From IMG/VR virus record IMGVR_UViG_3300036852_000023, positions 1 through 54,181 of that record: a DNA stretch of 54,181 nucleotides; one strand, 5' to 3'. Within the stretch, counting starts at the first letter, position 1, and each line of letters opens with the position of its first letter. The notes beneath the pieces are model-generated. The model was given only the letters and a program-made list of their open reading frames with translations. It ran no database searches and was not told the origin of the DNA. The stretch comes from a virus. Its lineage: Duplodnaviria; Caudoviricetes. A program made the position numbers and the translations under genes. Positions 9,333 through 18,158 of this stretch are shown here, piece by piece.

Positions 9333-9506
9333 ATGACCACACGTGCAGACCTAGTAACTCTGGATTACGCATTTGGCGCGCAACCAGCCGCTTATGTGGC
9401 TGCTGTTGGCCCGACAGATACCACGCTGGATTATGTATCTGGCGCACAGCCATTCGTGGCGTTTGGTTCATCCGGCAATGTCGGGAACTTCTTTTTTGCG
9501 GTGTGA
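9333..9506 (+). CDS. 57-aa protein with internal TLDY..GAQP duplication (not in ORF track)
   Basis: MTTRADLVTLDYAFGAQPAAYVAAVGPTDTTLDYVSGAQPFVAFGSSGNVGNFFFAV exactly fills the gap. Confidence 0.65.
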   Translation: MTTRADLVTLDYAFGAQPAAYVAAVGPTDTTLDYVSGAQPFVAFGSSGNVGNFFFAV

Positions 9507-9509
9507 TAT

Positions 9510-10013
9510 ATGGCCTTAATTGTCGAAGACGGAACTGGCAAATCGGACGCTGAGAGCTTCATCAGTGTGGCCGATGCAGACACATATCACAGCAATCGCG
9601 CCAATACGGCATGGGCTGCATTAACCACGGCTAATAAAGAGGCATATCTTCGCCGCGCTACCGATTACATGGAACAGGTATATCGGATGCGGTGGTTTGG
9701 GTTTCGCAAGACTACGACCCAAGCACTTGATTGGCCGCGCATCAATGTGATGGTAGAAGATATTGCAGTTAGCTTTATGGTTAGCACAACCATCGTGCCG
9801 ACTGAGGTTAAGAATGCATGCGCCGAGATGGCATTAAAGGCCAGCACGGCCACGCTAGCGGCTGATATTCAACGCGAAAAGGTTAGGACTAAGGTTGGCC
9901 CAATTGAAGTTGAATATCGCGCTGGTGGCGTGCAATTCACCAAGTATCGGGCAATTGACAACATGCTGAAGATTTATCTCCAGCCTAGCAGTTCAAAGAT
10001 GGTGCGATCATGA
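9510..10013 (+). CDS. Head-tail adaptor (DnaT-like family)
   Basis: MALIVEDGTG..DAESF.SVADAD.YH and QALDWPR motifs. Confidence 0.85.
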   Translation: MALIVEDGTGKSDAESFISVADADTYHSNRANTAWAALTTANKEAYLRRATDYMEQVYRMRWFGFRKTTTQALDWPRINVMVEDIAVSFMVSTTIVPTEVKNACAEMALKASTATLAADIQREKVRTKVGPIEVEYRAGGVQFTKYRAIDNMLKIYLQPSSSKMVRS

Positions 10014-10378
10014 GTTTTTATTCAGACTTGGCCGATGAGGCCGCCGCGCTTCTGCTTGAATTTGGCCAGTCTGTGACGCTGCGACAATTGGCTAATAGCT
10101 CGTATAGTGGTGGTTCTGTGACGCAAACGCCTACTGATTATATTGGGCTTGGTGCGGTATTTAATTTTGCACAGCGCGATATTGATGGAACGCTGATTAA
10201 GACTGGTGACCAGCAGTTATTGATGTCTGTATTTCAGACTAACGGCAGCGCCATGCCATTGCCGACAACGGCAGATCAAATCATCATCGGCAGTACGACT
10301 TATACAATTCAGCCTAGCAGAAAGGTTGACCCAGCGGGGACGGTGGTTCTGTACGACCTACATATAAGGGGGTTGTGA
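10010..10378 (+). CDS. Head closure / head-tail joining protein
   Basis: EFGQSVTLR..IDGTLIKTGD..P.G..VLY; synteny. Confidence 0.75.
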   Translation: MSFYSDLADEAAALLLEFGQSVTLRQLANSSYSGGSVTQTPTDYIGLGAVFNFAQRDIDGTLIKTGDQQLLMSVFQTNGSAMPLPTTADQIIIGSTTYTIQPSRKVDPAGTVVLYDLHIRGL

Positions 10379-10557
10379 TGGATGAGCCAGAAGTACGCAT
10401 TGCATGGTGGATATATCCGTATATGTACGGATGTGCTTTTGTTGCATGGTTAATGCGGGTTGAGCCTGATGTTGATAAATTCCGCAAGACGATTCGCAAG
10501 GGCTTGTCAATCAAGCACAAACAGGATGGCAAATGGGCAATCTTTCGACGCAGCTAA
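10375..10557 (+). CDS. Hypothetical protein
   Basis: Overlaps both neighbours. Confidence 0.55.
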   Translation: MMDEPEVRIAWWIYPYMYGCAFVAWLMRVEPDVDKFRKTIRKGLSIKHKQDGKWAIFRRS

Positions 10558-11126
10558 GGGCATTCGCTGATAAGGCGATGGGCAATGCAGATAAGGTCAT
10601 TCGCACGGTCGTATTAGACTTAGGGACGTCTATCGTCGAACGTAATCCTGTGGGCGATCCTACGCTGTGGAAAATAAATACAGAAGCTGCCGCTCAGAAT
10701 AAAGCCGCATCTGAGACAAACGCACAATTGCGCGCAGACCCGGCCAATCTAACCAAGGCTGGAAGACTGAAAAAGGGTCTAAAAGTACAGCCAGTAACTA
10801 TTAAAGCGCCTGAAGGGTATGTAGGTGGTCGCAGCCGAAATAGTTGGATGTATAGCTTTGGCGCACCAGATAACACGCAGCCGCATCCAATGAGTGAGGA
10901 ATACAAAGGCGATCAGACTGGCAGCGAATCAAAGGCACGATTGAATGTGCTGAAATCCCCGCAACATGGGGCATTCGGCGTGCATTACATATCCAATAAC
11001 CTGCCGTATATGCATCGATTGGAATTTGAAGGATGGTCAAAACAAGCTCCGGCAGGGATGGTGCGCGTTAGTGTGGCGGAGTTCCAGCAATTCCTAACCG
11101 CTGCCGTTGAGAGCCTGCCGAAATGA
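10533..11126 (+). CDS. Neck / tail completion protein (HK97 gp10-like)
   Basis: PVGDP..W, GYVGGR.R.SW, NNLPY..RLE..WSKQAPAGMVR. Confidence 0.85.
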   Translation: MGNLSTQLRAFADKAMGNADKVIRTVVLDLGTSIVERNPVGDPTLWKINTEAAAQNKAASETNAQLRADPANLTKAGRLKKGLKVQPVTIKAPEGYVGGRSRNSWMYSFGAPDNTQPHPMSEEYKGDQTGSESKARLNVLKSPQHGAFGVHYISNNLPYMHRLEFEGWSKQAPAGMVRVSVAEFQQFLTAAVESLPK

Positions 11127-11539
11127 GCCAGCGAATAATCAGGGATTTGCTCGAACAGCGGCTAATGACCTGGGCTGAAGCACTTGTTCCGCCTATTCCC
11201 GTGCAGCATGAGAACGCGGATTTCACGCCGCCACAAACTAAGAAATATTTGCGATTCTTCCTATTGCCAGCGAATACAGGCAGCAATTTCCTGGCAGGCA
11301 CAGACCATGAATATTTGGGCGTGATGCAAATATCAATTGTGACCCCAAAGGGAACAGGTCCGAAAGTCGCAGAGGATTTAGTTGTATCGCTCGATGCGCT
11401 TTATCCGAATAATCTTCGGCTGACTTCTGGGGCTGTAACTGTGCAAATCACAACGCCGATCAGCGCGTTTACTGGCATTCAGGAAGAAGACGCGTTTGTT
11501 ATTCCTGTATCAGCAACATATCGTGCATTTGTCGTTTGA
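11123..11539 (+). CDS. Tail terminator (DUF4128-like)
   Basis: EN..F.PP...YLR..LLPA.T and G..QISIV.PKG.G; synteny. Confidence 0.8.
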   Translation: MSQRIIRDLLEQRLMTWAEALVPPIPVQHENADFTPPQTKKYLRFFLLPANTGSNFLAGTDHEYLGVMQISIVTPKGTGPKVAEDLVVSLDALYPNNLRLTSGAVTVQITTPISAFTGIQEEDAFVIPVSATYRAFVV

Positions 11540-11643
11540 TGTAAAATCAACGCGTAGTTTGATATACTTGATTAGAAATGCGAAACCGCAAAGTGCTGTC
11601 AACACAATGCGGCTTCTACCAGACAACTAGAGGAGTTAGTCGA

Positions 11644-12144
11644 ATGGCTAAGACGGATAATATCACGGCTGAACAAGTACGGGAATTGCTTGATTACGAT
11701 CCTGAGACTGGAATTTTTACATGGAAAGTCAAGTTAACTCGGTGGCATAAGATAGGCAGCATTGCTGCACATTTAAGTGGGGAATATCTACGAGTTAAGA
11801 TATTTGATAACTATATTAGGGCTCACCGGCTTGCTTGGTTATATGTATATGGTGAATTTCCAAAGCATGATATTGACCATCGAAACGGGAATCCACGAGA
11901 TAACAGTATCGCCAATCTGCGTGACGTGCCAACTTTTATTAATTTAGAAAACCAACGAAAACCAAGATCTAACAATAAAAGTGGCAGTGGATATCTAGGG
12001 GTCGGGTTTGAAAAAGGCAAGTGGCGCGCTCGAATTCGTGTTCACGGCAAGGAAATAAATCTAGGAAGGTTTAATACTCCACAAGAAGCGCATGAAGCTT
12101 ACATAGCTGCAAAAAGAATACTTCACGAAGGAAATACGCTTTAG
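11644..12144 (+). CDS. HNH homing endonuclease with AP2-like C-terminal domain
   Basis: LDYDPETGIFTW, AHRLAWLY, IDHRNGNPRDNSIANLR, KWRARI...LGRF; AT-rich; AGGAG RBS. Confidence 0.9.
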   Translation: MAKTDNITAEQVRELLDYDPETGIFTWKVKLTRWHKIGSIAAHLSGEYLRVKIFDNYIRAHRLAWLYVYGEFPKHDIDHRNGNPRDNSIANLRDVPTFINLENQRKPRSNNKSGSGYLGVGFEKGKWRARIRVHGKEINLGRFNTPQEAHEAYIAAKRILHEGNTL

Positions 12145-12231
12145 TTCCATTCGCTTGAATGCCCGGCGAATGGGTTTATAGCCCTCGTCGGGCATTTGAG
12201 TACGGCAGTTATCTGCCAGAAGGGAACCGTC

Positions 12232-12879
12232 ATTTCAGTAAATCTGCCTAATGGCTCGCTAATCTCTATTGCGGCATCGTATGGCTCTGCCATCACTGTT
12301 ACCGCGTTGACTAACGCTAACCCAGCTGTTGCTACCGCAACGGCGCATGGTTTATCAAACGGTGATGTGATAGAAGTCACATCCGGCTGGGCGCGGCTAA
12401 ATGATAAAGTGGTGCGTGTCGCAAACGTAACCACAAACACATTTGAACTGGAAGGTATTAACACTACTTCCACCACGAGTTATCCAGCTGGCTCTGGTAC
12501 TGGTTCAGTACGTGAGTTACTGACGTTTACGCAGTTGGCGCAGGTACTATCAGTAACAAGCTCTGGCGGCGAACAGCAATTTGCCACATACCAATTCCTT
12601 GAGACTGATTTCCAAAACCGCATTCCGACTATCAAAAACGCTCAAGGTCTTACTTTGAGCGTAGCGGACGATCCGACTTTGGCCGGGTATACTTTGCTAT
12701 CCACCGCTAACGATGATCGCGCAAAACGCGGCGTGAAAGTCACTCTATCAAGTGGCGCATTGATTTTCTACAACGCTTACATCTCGCTTAACCGGACTCC
12801 GTCACTGACCGTTAACGAAGTGATGGCATCGGAGGCTACTTTGAGCTTCCTAAATGAACCCGTTCGTTATTCATCGTAA
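12232..12879 (+). CDS. Major tail tube protein; likely start is ATT 12232 (track start TTG 12196)
   Basis: SVNLPNGS...TNANPAVAT, SGW.RLN and SGGEQQF motifs; AAGGGA 6 nt before ATT. Confidence 0.85.
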   Translation: MSVNLPNGSLISIAASYGSAITVTALTNANPAVATATAHGLSNGDVIEVTSGWARLNDKVVRVANVTTNTFELEGINTTSTTSYPAGSGTGSVRELLTFTQLAQVLSVTSSGGEQQFATYQFLETDFQNRIPTIKNAQGLTLSVADDPTLAGYTLLSTANDDRAKRGVKVTLSSGALIFYNAYISLNRTPSLTVNEVMASEATLSFLNEPVRYSS

Positions 12880-12896
12880 TATATAACGCATGACTC

Positions 12897-12926
12897 AGGG
12901 CATATCTAACGGTATGCCCTGCTTTT
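12897..12926 (+). terminator. Intrinsic terminator after the tail tube gene
   Basis: agggcata...tatgccct stem followed by gctttt. Confidence 0.65.
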
Positions 12927-12945
12927 GGACTAACAGAGAGAACCC

Positions 12946-13260
12946 ATGGCCAAGATTACCCTAGCAGTAGAACCGACCTTCGAAGCCGATGCAAAAATCC
13001 CCGTCCCTGGCGTCGGGTTTGTGGCATTCAGAATGACTTTTAAATGGCGTTCCAAGACTGAGCTTAAGGCCTTCTTTGATTCCATTGAAGACCAGAAGAA
13101 TGATGCCGAAGCCATTTTGGCTATTGCTACCGGCTGGGAATTGGACGAGAAATTTGATGCAGACAATATCAATCGTCTGATCGAGAAATATGCACTCGCG
13201 CCGCGTGGCATTTACGACTCGTACATTAATGAGCTTGCGCTAGGCCGCATGGGAAACTAA
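12946..13260 (+). CDS. Tail assembly chaperone (lambda gpG-like)
   Basis: PTF.A...IPVPG, GWELDEKF..DNI; located between tail tube and tape measure. Confidence 0.85.
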   Translation: MAKITLAVEPTFEADAKIPVPGVGFVAFRMTFKWRSKTELKAFFDSIEDQKNDAEAILAIATGWELDEKFDADNINRLIEKYALAPRGIYDSYINELALGRMGN

Positions 13261-13295
13261 AAGCGGCGGCCCGTGCTTTATACACGAAGCCGCCG
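13251..13295 (+). promoter_or_regulatory. -1 programmed frameshift signal
   Basis: G GGA AAC slippery heptamer before TAA; cggcggc...gccgccg hairpin 6 nt downstream; -1 frame open to 13610. Confidence 0.85.
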
Positions 13296-13610
13296 ACAGC
13301 TCAAGAGGCTGCAGCATTTGGTTTAACCGTTGAAGAAGCTAGCGGTGAACCGGTGGAAGTTTGGCCGGATAATATTCAAACGGTAAATGTATTCATTGCC
13401 ATGTTGACGCAATGGAACTGCGTTGTAATACCGCCTGTTATTGGCTTGAACAAAGCTATCCCAGGGAAATTGATAAAAACTGGATTGAATTATGCCTGTC
13501 TTCCAGAAATTTGGCGTAGGACAAAAACACCAGTGAAAGATCGTGATGGAATATTCGAAGACATCCGCATAATGGAAGATGCGGCAATGGAAGAAATGCA
13601 AAAGGAGTAA
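13251..13610 (+). CDS. gpT-like frameshift extension of the tail chaperone (DUF1799-like)
   Basis: -1 frame reads LKAAARALY...EVWPDN..F.AM.TQW...GLNY...IRIME.AA. Confidence 0.8.
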   Translation, partial: GKLKAAARALYTKPPTAQEAAAFGLTVEEASGEPVEVWPDNIQTVNVFIAMLTQWNCVVIPPVIGLNKAIPGKLIKTGLNYACLPEIWRRTKTPVKDRDGIFEDIRIMEDAAMEEMQKE

Positions 13611-13614
13611 AAAC

Positions 13615-16600
13615 GTGCCGGATATTGGCAGCCTAACGATCACACTTGATGCCTCTCAGGCTAACACAGCGGCTGCCGATCTTGAAAAATTAACTCAAGC
13701 TGGCGAAAAGGCAGAGAATTCTGCGCAAGGCTTAGGCCAGACCTATAGCAAGATTGGCGAGAGCATGACTGTTGCCTCTACAGGCGCATCTGCTCTTGCC
13801 AATGCCTACAAACGGTCGTCGGATCAGTCCGTTCAGCTTAATGAGTCTGGAAAGGCCTTCGTTGCCAGCCTAGATGCGCAAGTCGCCGCATTCCAAAAGC
13901 AAATCGCAATCTTCGGCCAAGCCGCTGAGGCATCACTTCGTTATGATGCTGCCCTTGGTGGCATTTCTTCGTCTGTTGAGCCGACCATCCAAAAGATTGG
14001 GCAGTTACGCGCAGCGCATGAGCAATTAGCCGCTGAGCAGGCTAAGAATCAAGCCGCCAGAGCATTTCTTGATGGGTTGCGCGAAGAAATCGTCCTCGCC
14101 AATAAGGATGAAGAAGCAATCATCCGCTATAAGGCGGAAAAGCTCGGCATTGGCGATACGATTGAACCGTATATCACGCGACTCAACCAGCAGAAAGAGG
14201 CGCAGAATGCAGCCGCTGAAGCTGCATTAAAAGAGACTTTGGCCCAGCGGCAACTCGCACAAGCCAAGCAGGCTAACGAATCAACCATCGCTGGGCTGCG
14301 CGAACGCATCGACATATTTGGTAAGTCTGACGAAGACATTATCCGCTACAAGGCCGCATTGGCTGGCATCGGTAATGAAGTTGAACCGCTTGTTCAGCAA
14401 TTGGAGCGGCTCAAGGCTGAGCAATTGGCAGCTAGTCAGGCGGCGCAGCAAGAGGCTAATTCACAGCGCAAGGCGGCAGAAGCTAAGCAGTCTGCGGCTG
14501 CCAGTGGCGAGGCATTCCTAAATAGCCTGCGCCAACAAGTTGAATTGTCGAAACTGGCCGATAAAAGCCCAACTGGCATTCTTCGATACCAAGCGGCCAT
14601 TGCTGGAGTTTCAAAAGAATCTGAATCTTATATACGCGAGCTAGAAAAAACAGCTAATGCTCAAGGGCGTGTAGGAATTTCTGCCGGTCAGACTCGCGTC
14701 GCATTTCAGCAACTTGGGTTTCAGGTTACTGATATTTTCACTAGCCTGGCAGGTGGACAAAATCCGCTTCTGGTATTCATTCAGCAAGGCGGCCAGATCA
14801 AAGACTCTTTCGGTGGCGCTGGTGCTGCGCTAAAGGCTATCGGCTCGCTTATCACGCCTGTACGGGTGGCAATGCTGGCGCTGGGTGCTGCAGCTGGTGT
14901 AGTGGCGCTAGGATTTGCGGAAAGTATTGGCCAAGCTAAAGAATTCGCCAAGGCTATTGCGCTTAGTGGCAATGCTGCTGGTGTTACAGCAGATCAACTT
15001 ACAGTAATGGCTTCTGCGCTGGCCGCAGCGCGTGGGGAAAATAAATCCGCTACTGAAGCCTTGTCTGCATTCGTGAAGACTGGCGATGTTGCATCCAACA
15101 GTTTGCAAGAATTCTCGCAAATCGCCATTGATTCCCAGCGGGTTCTTGGCATCAGCATTGAAGATACAGTCAAAAAGTTCAGTGAACTAGCCAAAGAACC
15201 TTTCCAAGCATCGCTCAAAATCGCAGAAGCAACAGGGAAGATAACTGCCCAGGAATTGCTGCTTATCAAGGCGCTTGAAGATCAAGGGCGTAAGCAAGAA
15301 GCCGCTACTGCTGCGCAGCAAGCATGGGCGCGTGCTTCTCAAGAATCTATAGCTAGTGTACTTGAAAATCAAAATGACCTAGTTAAAGGCTGGGATGCGG
15401 TAACGGGTGCCATCGGGCGCATGATTGACCGCATGAAAGGCATTGGACAAGTAACTACTGCCCAACAGCAGATTGAAGGTCTTAATCAAGCGATTGAAGC
15501 GGCTAGGGCAGGTGCCGGTAATGTTGCATTGGGCGGGGCTTTGGCTGGTGGCGAACTTAAAGAACTTGAGCGCAAGCGTGATGATTTGCTTGAGTTGCAA
15601 CGCATCCAAGGACGCCAATCTCAAGTAGATGCTGAAAATACCAGATCGAATGAAAGATTCGCTCAGGCTCTACGAGAGAGCAATTCCATCATTGAAGCCG
15701 CTAAATCCAAGACACAGCGTTTCAATGAAGAACTAGCAAAGTATCGAGAGAATTTAGCTGTTCGTCGTTCTAAAACGGATGTTTCTGTCGCACAGCAGGC
15801 TAAAGAAGAGGCCGCATTACGCGAGCAAATCTTCGGCAATGAGAAGAAAACATCAGACAATTCTCGAAAACTACGCAGCGTTGATCTAGCAGACATCAAG
15901 AGAACCTATCAAGAGCGGATAGATACTGTTCGCAATGGTGAACAGGTTGTTGATGCTTTGCGCAATGCTGGCCTAATTGGCGAAAAGGAATATTTCGAGC
16001 TAAGAAAAACATCAATCCGTGAGATTGCAAATCTTCAAGTTCAAGAATTGAACGCTGAAAACGCGCGGCTACGACTTGGCGCGAATAACACTGCGCAACG
16101 TCTGGAAAACCAGAAGCAGATCACGGATAACGAGCGCCGGATTGCCAGCATAACTGCGGCTGCTGATTCTAATCTTAAGGTGTTGGAAATACAGAAAGGC
16201 CAACGTCTGCGCGAAATTAAACGCGCTTATGATGAATTGAGCATTTCTGCCAGTGAATATATTGATACGCTGCGACGCCAAGCGCAACAAGAGGCAGAAG
16301 GTGTTGGACGCGGTAATAAATTCCGTGAAGAAGCCTCGCAGCGTGCAGCCATTAGAGAAAAAGAAATACGTGATCTTAGGGAGCTTGAAAGCTTCCGACG
16401 TCAGAACGCTATAGAAGTCCGCAATGATGATACTGGCGAGACAGTAACTATTCTGACGCCTGAATTACAGGCTCAATATGATGAGAGGCTTCGTATCATC
16501 AAAGAAGGGTCTGCCGCTGAATTAGCTATTTTTGAACAAACTTTAGCGCAAAAAGAAATCGATCAGGCTGATTGGGTTAATGGTGCGAAAGAAGCATTCG

Positions 16601-17250
16601 CCAATTACTATGATGCCGCGCAAGATACGGCAGGGCAATTTGAGGATGTATTCACTGATGCGCTAAAAAATCTTGAAGATGGACTAGTTCAATTCATCAA
16701 GACTGGCAAATTTGACTTCAAGAGCTTCGTTGATTTCATCCAGACTGAACTATTGCGTATATCAGTACGGCAATCGCTTGGCTCTCTATTCGGCATTGGT
16801 GGCGGTGGTGGTGGTGATAGTACAGGATTGATAGGTAGCTTGTTAAGCTTTGGTGCTGGCTTATTTGGCGGTGGCGGCGCACCAGTAGAAGCCACCTATG
16901 GCGCTGGATCATTTGGAGGATACGACTTCGGCGGCGGCGCGGCTGGGGCTGGCGCATTTGATCAATTTAAATTCGGTGGATACCGTGCGCACGGTGGCCC
17001 TGTTGAGGCTGGAACGCTATATCGTGTGAATGAAAATGGCCCTGAATTGTTGAATGTCGCTGGGCAGCAATATTTGATGATGGGCGATCAATCCGGCAAA
17101 GTTTCTGCCAATGACAATTGGAGCGGCGGCGGTGGAGTTACCCAAGTTGTCAACTTCTACTCATCCGGCCCGATTGATAAGCGTACACAGCAACAGGTTG
17201 GCGCAGCGGCATTTAAAGGCGTTTCATCTGCCAGCGCGAGGAATAACTAA
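13615..17250 (+). CDS. Tape measure protein
   Basis: ~1210 aa Ala/Gln/Glu-rich helical protein; QVTDIFTSLAGGQNPLLVFIQQGGQIKDSFGG; C-terminal GGPV..Y.VNE.GPE; GTG start with AAGGAG RBS. Confidence 0.95.
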   Translation: MPDIGSLTITLDASQANTAAADLEKLTQAGEKAENSAQGLGQTYSKIGESMTVASTGASALANAYKRSSDQSVQLNESGKAFVASLDAQVAAFQKQIAIFGQAAEASLRYDAALGGISSSVEPTIQKIGQLRAAHEQLAAEQAKNQAARAFLDGLREEIVLANKDEEAIIRYKAEKLGIGDTIEPYITRLNQQKEAQNAAAEAALKETLAQRQLAQAKQANESTIAGLRERIDIFGKSDEDIIRYKAALAGIGNEVEPLVQQLERLKAEQLAASQAAQQEANSQRKAAEAKQSAAASGEAFLNSLRQQVELSKLADKSPTGILRYQAAIAGVSKESESYIRELEKTANAQGRVGISAGQTRVAFQQLGFQVTDIFTSLAGGQNPLLVFIQQGGQIKDSFGGAGAALKAIGSLITPVRVAMLALGAAAGVVALGFAESIGQAKEFAKAIALSGNAAGVTADQLTVMASALAAARGENKSATEALSAFVKTGDVASNSLQEFSQIAIDSQRVLGISIEDTVKKFSELAKEPFQASLKIAEATGKITAQELLLIKALEDQGRKQEAATAAQQAWARASQESIASVLENQNDLVKGWDAVTGAIGRMIDRMKGIGQVTTAQQQIEGLNQAIEAARAGAGNVALGGALAGGELKELERKRDDLLELQRIQGRQSQVDAENTRSNERFAQALRESNSIIEAAKSKTQRFNEELAKYRENLAVRRSKTDVSVAQQAKEEAALREQIFGNEKKTSDNSRKLRSVDLADIKRTYQERIDTVRNGEQVVDALRNAGLIGEKEYFELRKTSIREIANLQVQELNAENARLRLGANNTAQRLENQKQITDNERRIASITAAADSNLKVLEIQKGQRLREIKRAYDELSISASEYIDTLRRQAQQEAEGVGRGNKFREEASQRAAIREKEIRDLRELESFRRQNAIEVRNDDTGETVTILTPELQAQYDERLRIIKEGSAAELAIFEQTLAQKEIDQADWVNGAKEAFANYYDAAQDTAGQFEDVFTDALKNLEDGLVQFIKTGKFDFKSFVDFIQTELLRISVRQSLGSLFGIGGGGGGDSTGLIGSLLSFGAGLFGGGGAPVEATYGAGSFGGYDFGGGAAGAGAFDQFKFGGYRAHGGPVEAGTLYRVNENGPELLNVAGQQYLMMGDQSGKVSANDNWSGGGGVTQVVNFYSSGPIDKRTQQQVGAAAFKGVSSASARNN

Positions 17251-18158
17251 TGGCCTTGACCGTTTACAATGACGTGATTCTGACGACTGCTCAATTGTCT
17301 GGTATCGGTGTGCGTGGCAAAAATATGCGCAAGAACGAACGGGTTATGAATCAGGGCGGTTTCCAGCAAGCTACGGTCATTTATAGCCAATCATTGCGCC
17401 AATATGAGCTAGGTACTGTGCCGATGCTGCCAGAGGTGTGGGCCACGATTGAAGGGCTTCACGAAGTCACTGACGGCGGCGCAATTGGGTTTTTGATGCA
17501 AGATCCAAAAGACAATCTCGCCACGATTACAAACGGCGTGCTAGTGCCTATTCAGACTGGCGTGACGGCAGGGACTTCTGGGTTTGGTTACGGGGTTCCT
17601 ACTTATCAGATGCATAAGCGCCTGACGTCTATTGGCAGCACTCGCGCATTTGACCGAAAAGTGACGCGGCCTAAGTCACCATCAACGATCGAACGCGGTG
17701 GGGTACCTGTATCGCCAAGCATAAATTACGACACGGGGCTTATAACGTTCACGGCTGATACGTCTGAGGCGATGACGAGCATTACGGTGGGGGCTACGAC
17801 CATTCTTAACTTTGCTTCTGGTGCTGGCATCGTAGCTGCATTGGCCCCTGGCGATCGCGTTTACATCACTGGCGTCACCGGTACCGCCGCAACCACGCTT
17901 AACAATTTGTCGCATGCAATCACGGCAGAGGGTGCTACAAGCCTAACCATATCAACTAATACATCTGGGCTAACTGCGTCAGCTGGAACTGCATTTAAAT
18001 ACCCTCAACCTAATGAGTCATTGATGTGGAGCGGATCATTCTATGTACCTGTCCATTTTATGAATGACGAACTGGATTGGGATTTGATTCGCCCTGGGCC
18101 TTACGATACTAGGCTGCTGGCTGGGCCGTCTGTGATTCTTGAGGAAGTGCGCGAATGA
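17250..18158 (+). CDS. Distal tail protein (DUF2460, GTA-like)
   Basis: GFLMQDPKD, R.VTRPK, W.G.FYVPVHF..D motifs; follows tape measure. Confidence 0.8.
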   Translation: MALTVYNDVILTTAQLSGIGVRGKNMRKNERVMNQGGFQQATVIYSQSLRQYELGTVPMLPEVWATIEGLHEVTDGGAIGFLMQDPKDNLATITNGVLVPIQTGVTAGTSGFGYGVPTYQMHKRLTSIGSTRAFDRKVTRPKSPSTIERGGVPVSPSINYDTGLITFTADTSEAMTSITVGATTILNFASGAGIVAALAPGDRVYITGVTGTAATTLNNLSHAITAEGATSLTISTNTSGLTASAGTAFKYPQPNESLMWSGSFYVPVHFMNDELDWDLIRPGPYDTRLLAGPSVILEEVRE

